NCBI GenBank assembly: GCA_964389975.1
Contig: CAYMGJ010000001.1
Coordinates: forward strand, 22,240-86,239
Length of the DNA stretch: 64,000 bases
Source: an uncultured Candidatus Saccharibacteria bacterium
GTDB lineage: Bacteria; Patescibacteriota; Minisyncoccia; Phycocordibacterales; PALSA-1337
Direction of reading: 5' to 3'
Each line of letters starts with the position of its first letter. Position 1 is the first letter of the stretch. A model generated the notes under the pieces. It ran no database searches and was not told where the DNA came from. It was given only the letters and a program-made list of their open reading frames with translations. Positions 58,513 to 64,000 of this stretch are shown here, piece after piece. The translations under genes and the position numbers were made by a program.

Positions 58513-59776
58513 AAAAATTATTTCACTCAGTATTCTCATATTCATGTTCCTTACGGGATCATATATTTCTCATGCTCAAAGTGTTGAGGAGCTTAAAAAC
58601 AAGATTGAAGCAGGGAATGATACGATTAAGAAACTTGAGAAAGAAATACAAGGATATCAGAAAGAAATTGAAGCTATCGGTAAAGAGAAAGCAAGCCTCA
58701 GTTCAACCCTTAAGGAGCTTGATATTTCTCGCAAGAAACTCGAGGCTGATACGAAGATAACAGAGAGCAAGATTGCAACAAAAAATCTCGAGATTAAGCA
58801 ACTCTCATTAGAAATCGGTGACAAAAGTGAACGGATTACCGATGGACATAGAGTAATCGCTCAATCATTTCGAGCAATGGGACAAGCTAATGCTCTTTCT
58901 CCTCTTGAAATCATATTAAGTTCAGCATCTCTCTCAGAACTTTGGAATACTTCTCATGAACTCGATACCCTGCAAGGGAATATGCAGGGGAAGATCGAGG
59001 ATTTGAAGAATATAAAGACAGATCTTGAAAAAAACAAGAAATTAACTGAGCAGAAGAAAGCTGAGTTAGTTGATCTTACAAACGATCTTAAGAATCAAAC
59101 AAGTGTCATTAAAGAGACGGTAAGGCAGAAGAATACTCTCCTTGCTGAAACAAAAAATACAGAAGCAGATTACAAAAAACTTCTTGCAAACAAACTCCTT
59201 CAAAAAGAAGCATTTGAGAGGGAAGTCGCTTCATTCGAATCTGCCCTCAAGATTGCCATCGATCCCAACAGTATACCAAGTACTGGTACAGGAGTACTTA
59301 AATGGCCCCTTTCAAGCATACGTATAACCCAATACTTTGGTAATACGGAGTTTGCTACTAAAAACCCTCAGATCTACAACGGTAAAGGTCATACAGGAGT
59401 TGATTTCGCTGCTTCAATTGGTACACCAGTACAAGCAGCTCTCAGTGGTACCGTTATCGGAGTTGGTAATACTGATATCGTACGTGGTTGCTATTCATAT
59501 GGTAAATGGGTCATGATTAAACATCCCAATGGACTTTCAACCCTCTATGCCCATCTCTCGCTTCAGAAAGTTGTACAAGGACAGGAAGTATCTACTGGTG
59601 ACATGATTGGATACAGTGGTAATACAGGATACTCAACAGGCCCCCATCTTCATTTCGGAGTATATGCTTCTGAAGGAGTTCGTATTACGAAACTCACCAG
59701 TAGTGTGAATTGTAAAAATGTAACAATACCTCTTGCTGATATAAAGGCATACCTTAATCCACTTTCATTCCTTTAA
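58493..59776 (+). CDS. M23 family metallopeptidase with signal peptide and coiled-coil N-terminal region
   Basis: Signal-like MPTNLSRKIISLSILIFMFLTGSYISHA; coiled coil; GHTGVDFAA and HLHFGVYA M23 motifs; start inferred, overlaps gltX by 20 nt. Confidence 0.75.
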   Translation: MPTNLSRKIISLSILIFMFLTGSYISHAQSVEELKNKIEAGNDTIKKLEKEIQGYQKEIEAIGKEKASLSSTLKELDISRKKLEADTKITESKIATKNLEIKQLSLEIGDKSERITDGHRVIAQSFRAMGQANALSPLEIILSSASLSELWNTSHELDTLQGNMQGKIEDLKNIKTDLEKNKKLTEQKKAELVDLTNDLKNQTSVIKETVRQKNTLLAETKNTEADYKKLLANKLLQKEAFEREVASFESALKIAIDPNSIPSTGTGVLKWPLSSIRITQYFGNTEFATKNPQIYNGKGHTGVDFAASIGTPVQAALSGTVIGVGNTDIVRGCYSYGKWVMIKHPNGLSTLYAHLSLQKVVQGQEVSTGDMIGYSGNTGYSTGPHLHFGVYASEGVRITKLTSSVNCKNVTIPLADIKAYLNPLSFL

Positions 59777-59831
59777 ATCATGTGTCTGAGGATGGTATAC
59801 TTGAAAGGTATATAAATAAATTAAAATCTTT

Positions 59832-60110
59832 ATGATTAAATGGATTATCATATCAGTTATTGCCCTTGTGGTACTTGGAGCCCTTGGGTTTGATGTACGG
59901 AAGGCTATAGAGTCACCAGTAGCTCGAAGCAACATAGAATATGCTAAAGATGCAGTAGTATACATCTGGACAACGTATTTGAAGAAACCTGTATTATTTT
60001 TGTGGAATGAAATTTTTATAAAACTTATTTGGAATACAGCTCTCTCATCACTCATGCAAAAAGATTCTCCAGACATCAATTATAATTTTTTAGAACTCAG
60101 TAGGGGGTAG
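59832..60110 (+). CDS. small hypothetical membrane protein (92 aa)
   Basis: ORF track; N-terminal TM. Confidence 0.3.
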   Translation: MIKWIIISVIALVVLGALGFDVRKAIESPVARSNIEYAKDAVVYIWTTYLKKPVLFLWNEIFIKLIWNTALSSLMQKDSPDINYNFLELSRG

Positions 60111-60335
60111 GTAGAAAATGAGGCCGGTAGAAATACCGGCTTTATTTTAAGGTATGTAATGCGTAAAAGATATATTGTGCGACGTGGTATGGCCTGAGAG
60201 TATCGTAGTTAAAATCACGGAACTCATACTCTCCCCCTTTATCAAACCAGATAAAAGAAAACCGCCCGACGGAAAGCCGTTTGGTTTTCGTGAGCGGTTA
60301 CACACAACCCTGAGAGTTGTTATCTTGGATATCCC

Positions 60336-60677
60336 TTACATTAAAGACCCATACATTTCATCTCTGATAGTCTTGAGCTTTGCAATGATCTCTCGATCAA
60401 GAATGCGTTGGAAACGTGGAAAAGTTTTACCGTCTTTGGTTACATCCCCCATCCACATATCTAGTGGACGTAGATCAAAAAGTTTACCGGCCGTAAACAC
60501 AGTTGATTCATAGAGTGGCCGATATACAACCATATTCGCATCCTCTGGACGACAATCATCTTCAGTATGAACGCCAACTCCCACAACCTCGTAGGCATAG
60601 TCGTTTATAGGTCCATTAAGATTATGCTTGTAATGATAGTAGAAACCATTTTCTGGAACTTTAGCTGGTATTTTCAT
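60336..60677 (-). CDS. DUF1653-like protein
   Basis: GFYYHYKH...YEVVGVGVHTEDD...MVVYRPLY pattern typical of DUF1653. Confidence 0.5.
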   Translation of the reverse strand: MKIPAKVPENGFYYHYKHNLNGPINDYAYEVVGVGVHTEDDCRPEDANMVVYRPLYESTVFTAGKLFDLRPLDMWMGDVTKDGKTFPRFQRILDREIIAKLKTIRDEMYGSLM

Positions 60678-60751
60678 ATTCTTTCCTTTGTTAAATTTGT
60701 ACTTTTAGATATTGTAGCACGACATGTTGATAATGGTCGCTTAAGTAAAAA

Positions 60752-60790
60752 ATTAAAAACCGCAGGGCGCGACCATGCGGTTTTTCTTGA
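60752..60790. terminator. hairpin terminator, copy 1 of repeated 35-bp element (serves minus-strand gene 60810..61160)
   Basis: aaaaccgcagggcgcgaccatgcggtttttcttga; A-run/stem/T-run, bidirectional. Confidence 0.65.
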
Positions 60791-60809
60791 AAAGATTCTC
60801 CTTCGGGGG

Positions 60810-61160
60810 TTACTTTCCTTCCCCACGCTTCCATCCAGTGACAAAAGAGACGTAATCATGCTGATGAGAAGGATTTGTTGGGTTTTCCAGAGCATGTGAC
60901 CTTACTTTCACGAAATCTCCAGGAACCAACTTGTTTGTAGTGAGCATGCTTGCAGAAACGAGAGCAGGAGAGTGCTCGGATAGTGTGACCTCCCAAATAT
61001 CTCCACTCGCGAGCTTGAGAGACGTGACTTCAAACCAATCACCTCCTGATCCGCGGACATCTCTGCTCTTGATGTTAATTAATGCTGCTAGTATGAGCAT
61101 TACAATCACAAGTCCGAGGAAACCACGGACAATGTTCTTAAGGAGCCATTTAATATTCAT
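60810..61160 (-). CDS. small membrane-anchored protein, paralog A (PGDxVKV motif)
   Basis: N-terminal TM; C-terminal LVPGDFVKVRSH; tandem with 61308..61739. Confidence 0.5.
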   Translation of the reverse strand: MNIKWLLKNIVRGFLGLVIVMLILAALINIKSRDVRGSGGDWFEVTSLKLASGDIWEVTLSEHSPALVSASMLTTNKLVPGDFVKVRSHALENPTNPSHQHDYVSFVTGWKRGEGK

Positions 61161-61261
61161 TTTTCTTTGATCTCAATAACGACATTCATTGCCTCTACTG
61201 AGATTCCTTTCCTTCAAATATACTAACATTTATATTTGAGGTAGTCAATATATCACATAAA

Positions 61262-61300
61262 AAAAAACCGCAGGGCGCGACCATACGGTTTTTCTTGAGA
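61262..61300. terminator. hairpin terminator, copy 2 of repeated 35-bp element
   Basis: aaaaccgcagggcgcgaccatacggtttttcttga (1 mismatch to copy 1). Confidence 0.65.
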
Positions 61301-61307
61301 GGAGTGA

Positions 61308-61739
61308 CTACTCAATCCTATCAATGATAACAAGACTAATGAGAACAGGTTCCGCGTAAGGGGGATTGTCTTTAGGCCGAACAAGCCTTCCGACTTTAAC
61401 CTTGTCTCCCGGAGCCCAATCGCCAATATCAGCGATCTGAGGATCAATGATCCCCAAACATTCTCTTTTGGTAATATCCGAAGTGAAGGAAATGACAAGG
61501 AAGTCACTTGTTTTGAACGCCTGGTGCTGGGCATGTGAGGGAGTTGAAGTGATGACTCCAGTTCCCCATGGTTCAATATGCCAAGCTGGAGTGGTAGCTA
61601 CCTGCTTCGGTGGTAATTTCAGAAGTTCACGATAGATGACCGCAATACCCGCTCCAATAACCATGGCAATGAATACTGGCCATAGCTGTGTGTGTTTTCG
61701 TCTCATAAAAGAAGTTCTGGAGTAAAGGATGAGAAACAA
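61308..61739 (-). CDS. small membrane-anchored protein, paralog B (PGDxVKV motif)
   Basis: N-terminal TM; WAPGDKVKVGRLVRP; same architecture as 60810..61160. Confidence 0.5.
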   Translation of the reverse strand: MFLILYSRTSFMRRKHTQLWPVFIAMVIGAGIAVIYRELLKLPPKQVATTPAWHIEPWGTGVITSTPSHAQHQAFKTSDFLVISFTSDITKRECLGIIDPQIADIGDWAPGDKVKVGRLVRPKDNPPYAEPVLISLVIIDRIE

Positions 61740-61849
61740 ATGCTTCCCATTACTGACCTTTACATTCTAACAATAGATTACAATTTAATTATACATATGT
61801 CAATACAAACAAAAAAGACCAGGTTTCCCTGATCTCTTTTGTTTGAATA

Positions 61850-62305
61850 TTATTTCATTGAGAGTGCCTTGTCTCCCCAACATTTAGCTGAGGCATTCCA
61901 TGGCTCTGTTCCATATTTCTTGTAAAGATATTCTGCATATGCAGCATTACCTTCTACTGTATATATGTTATATCCAAGCTTCTTGGCTGTTTCGAGGTGA
62001 TATCGTTCGTTAATTTGCATAACTCCGACATCAGCATCATCTACCATACCTCGAGTCACCTTTCCATTTTTATCGAAATGAGAGAATGTTGACTCACATC
62101 GTGCAATTTCAATGAGAATTGGTGTGTCAGCATAGCGTTCATTAAGATAGTTTTCAACTTGCTTTCGATCCATCTTCCCTACCACTACTGTTGAAGGGTT
62201 AATTGATACAGAATCTGCTGTTGCTACCGCTCCAAGATTGTCTGTTGTTGATCCTCCATACATTGAGGTCAAGAGAAACATCACACCTGTTGTAAGTTCA
62301 ATCAT
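61850..62305 (-). CDS. lytic transglycosylase (SLT/lysozyme-like) domain protein
   Basis: EIARCESTFSHF...DVGVMQINERYH resembles the SLT catalytic Glu and GLMQ region; N-terminal TM anchor. Confidence 0.55.
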   Translation of the reverse strand: MIELTTGVMFLLTSMYGGSTTDNLGAVATADSVSINPSTVVVGKMDRKQVENYLNERYADTPILIEIARCESTFSHFDKNGKVTRGMVDDADVGVMQINERYHLETAKKLGYNIYTVEGNAAYAEYLYKKYGTEPWNASAKCWGDKALSMK

Positions 62306-62513
62306 ATAATTTAAATGAGGTACCTATAGATATGACTCTACAAATACCTCACTCTTGACCATAATCTTAGCATATTTCATAATATCTGTCAAGCGTTTTG
62401 ATGGTAAAAAAGACTAAAGTACCTTGTAAAATATGGGTTTTAGGACAATATCTATTACCACCCGTAAAGGGACTTGCTTTTATACCCTCTTTCGGTATAT
62501 ACTTGTTTTCACT

Positions 62514-62786
62514 ATGGCAACGAAAAAGTCAGGAGGTGCATCGAAGAACGGACGAGATTCAGGTCCAAAATACCTGGGTGTTAAGGTAAATGACGGCGAA
62601 GCTGTTAAGATCGGCTCAATTATCGTACGACAGCGAGGAACAGATGTTCTTCCTGGTAAGAATGTAGGTATTGGAAAGGATCATACTCTCTTTGCTTTGA
62701 AGGAAGGTACTGTTGAATTCAAGATGAAGCGAAAAGTTCATTTCGACAACACTACTATGAAGAAGAAGATCGTTAACGTTAAATAA
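62514..62786 (+). CDS. rpmA: 50S ribosomal protein L27
   Basis: [24 protein letters not shown]...IIVRQRGT matches L27; start at ATG 62514. Confidence 0.9.
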   Translation: MATKKSGGASKNGRDSGPKYLGVKVNDGEAVKIGSIIVRQRGTDVLPGKNVGIGKDHTLFALKEGTVEFKMKRKVHFDNTTMKKKIVNVK

Positions 62787-62797
62787 TTATTAGAATA

Positions 62798-62830
62798 CAA
62801 AAAAGACCGGAGTATCCGGTCTTTTTTGTT
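62798..62830. terminator. bidirectional rho-independent terminator between rpmA and rplI
   Basis: aaaaaagaccggagtatccggtcttttttg. Confidence 0.75.
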
Positions 62831-62846
62831 ATACCCCCTTCCCTTT

Positions 62847-63290
62847 TTAGAGAGGTTTAATATCGAGAGTGAAAGTAACCTTATGAGAACCTGCATGAAC
62901 AGGTATTTCATGAGCTCCAATCTCTTTGATAGGTTTTTCAAGAACAATACTTTCCTTTGGAATACTAAGCTTAGTAGTCTTTTCAATTGCAGAGAGTATC
63001 TCAGGAATATGAATACTTGCGAAGAGATGTCCCTTTTCATTTGCCTTCTCCTTAAGCTCTATAGTCTGTCCTGAGAGGTCTTTGAGGTTCTTAGCGAGAA
63101 GTTCTTCATTAACCTTCTTCTCACCCTCATGACGAGCTTTTTCAAGCTGAATTCGTCGTACAGCATCTGGAGTTGCAGCGATAGCAACACCCTTAGGAAT
63201 GAGCATATTGAGCGCATAACCGTCACTTATCTCCTTTGTTTCGTATCGTTTACCTACCTTTGGTATATCTTTCAATAATATTATTTTCAT
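62847..63290 (-). CDS. rplI: 50S ribosomal protein L9
   Basis: MKIILLKDIPKVGKRYETKEISDGYALNMLIPKG N-terminal domain typical of L9. Confidence 0.85.
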   Translation of the reverse strand: MKIILLKDIPKVGKRYETKEISDGYALNMLIPKGVAIAATPDAVRRIQLEKARHEGEKKVNEELLAKNLKDLSGQTIELKEKANEKGHLFASIHIPEILSAIEKTTKLSIPKESIVLEKPIKEIGAHEIPVHAGSHKVTFTLDIKPL

Positions 63291-63301
63291 ATATCTGTAT
63301 A

Positions 63302-64000
63302 TTAGTGTGCTTTTCGTAAAATTTCAACTGCCTTATTAAGCTGAACATCAACCTTACCCTCGATATCTTTCTGACTAGGCTTTACCTCAATATCAGGATT
63401 AAGGCCATCATGAGAGAGATTATGACCCTTAGGAGTGAGCCATCGAGCTATGGTTACCTTGAGAGAGGTTTCTGGGGTGATCTCTACAAGTTCTTGAACT
63501 GATCCCTTACCGAAGGTTTTTACACCAACAAGTTCTGCTACACCATGTTCCTGAAGAGCTCCTGCAAGAATTTCTGCTGCTGAAGCTGAACCCCCATCAA
63601 CAAGAATCATAATCTTGTACTTGGATGCACCAAAGTACTTGTTCATAACATCATATCCCTTGCTCCTGTACTCTCGGTTTTGAGAACTTCTACCTCCAAA
63701 GTCTTCAGTTACAATGATTTTACCAGAAGGGAGGAACCAACTTGCAATATCCCACGCAGCATCAAGATATCCACCTGGATTACCTCGAAGGTCGATAATG
63801 AGTTTATGTGAACCTGATTCAAGGAAGGAACGAAGAGCTGTTCGGAACAATTCAGGAGATTGTGCAGTAAAGCTAAAGAGACGAATGATATATATTCCAT
63901 CACTTCGAAGTCCAACCCCACCGTTATCAGCAGATCCAGAACCAGACTTCACCTCAGTTTCGATGGTGGGAATATCGATGACATCACGGATAATTTCTTT
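63302..64000 (-). CDS. S41 family C-terminal processing peptidase, partial (N-terminus beyond window end)
   Basis: DLRGNPGGY and GGSASAAEI catalytic-Ser region; ORF runs to window edge. Confidence 0.75.
   Translation of the reverse strand, partial: KEIIRDVIDIPTIETEVKSGSGSADNGGVGLRSDGIYIIRLFSFTAQSPELFRTALRSFLESGSHKLIIDLRGNPGGYLDAAWDIASWFLPSGKIIVTEDFGGRSSQNREYRSKGYDVMNKYFGASKYKIMILVDGGSASAAEILAGALQEHGVAELVGVKTFGKGSVQELVEITPETSLKVTIARWLTPKGHNLSHDGLNPDIEVKPSQKDIEGKVDVQLNKAVEILRKAH

Noticed and set aside
1-64000. CRISPR array
   Set aside because: No series of regularly spaced short identical repeats anywhere; the only repeats are two ~97-bp copies ~1.6 kb apart and a pair of 35-bp terminator hairpins

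Overview
Low-GC, gene-dense bacterial chromosome segment with mostly short intergenic spacers. A truncated UvrC without its HhH domain, a 600-aa AlaRS, a DnaJ without the zinc finger, transketolase split into N/C genes, several non-contiguous type IV pilus-related genes and many class I/II aaRS genes are consistent with a reduced, Patescibacteria/CPR-like lineage; that lineage call is inference and cannot be confirmed here.

Core content, in order:
- a partial ORF, then plsC-like acyltransferase, HAD hydrolase and a membrane sensor histidine kinase
- a prepilin-like LamG protein
- a pentose-phosphate cluster (rpiB, rpe, tkt-N, tkt-C; zwf further on)
- uvrB, a tandem-REC response regulator, uvrA, a short uvrC, ddl and tRNA-Ala(UGC)
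- ychF, leuS, a sigma-70 region-4 protein, mltG, mnmA, an ATP-cone/Mrr-like protein, an M3-like peptidase and alaS
- infA-rpmJ-rpsM-rpsK-rpsD-rpoA-rplQ-rplM-rpsI
- grpE, dnaK, dnaJ-like, trpS, clpP-like, aspS/asnS, scpA, scpB, ftsW, murG, gltX and an M23 peptidase
- rpmA, rplI and a partial S41 protease

The most unusual region is a ~4.4 kb, GC-shifted block (about 50% GC in its ORFs against roughly 37% around it) immediately 3' of tRNA-Ala, at 16985-21400. It holds four same-strand ORFs of unknown function. Each is followed by a rho-independent terminator and a copy of a ~97-bp direct repeat (two copies ~96% identical, others degenerate), and two of them are preceded by consensus TTGACA/TATAAT promoters with long structured leaders. 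No integrase or other recognisable mobility gene is present. This is the best candidate in the window for an undescribed acquired system or cassette array.

Other anomalies:
- a canonical prepilin signal peptide that is only reachable through a frameshift at a T5 tract
- a duplicated ychF 3' fragment inside an ~830-bp gene-free spacer upstream of leuS
- an XRE-HTH gene remnant between the split transketolase genes
- small hydrophobic antisense peptides flanking dnaK
- tandem paralogous membrane proteins sharing an identical terminator
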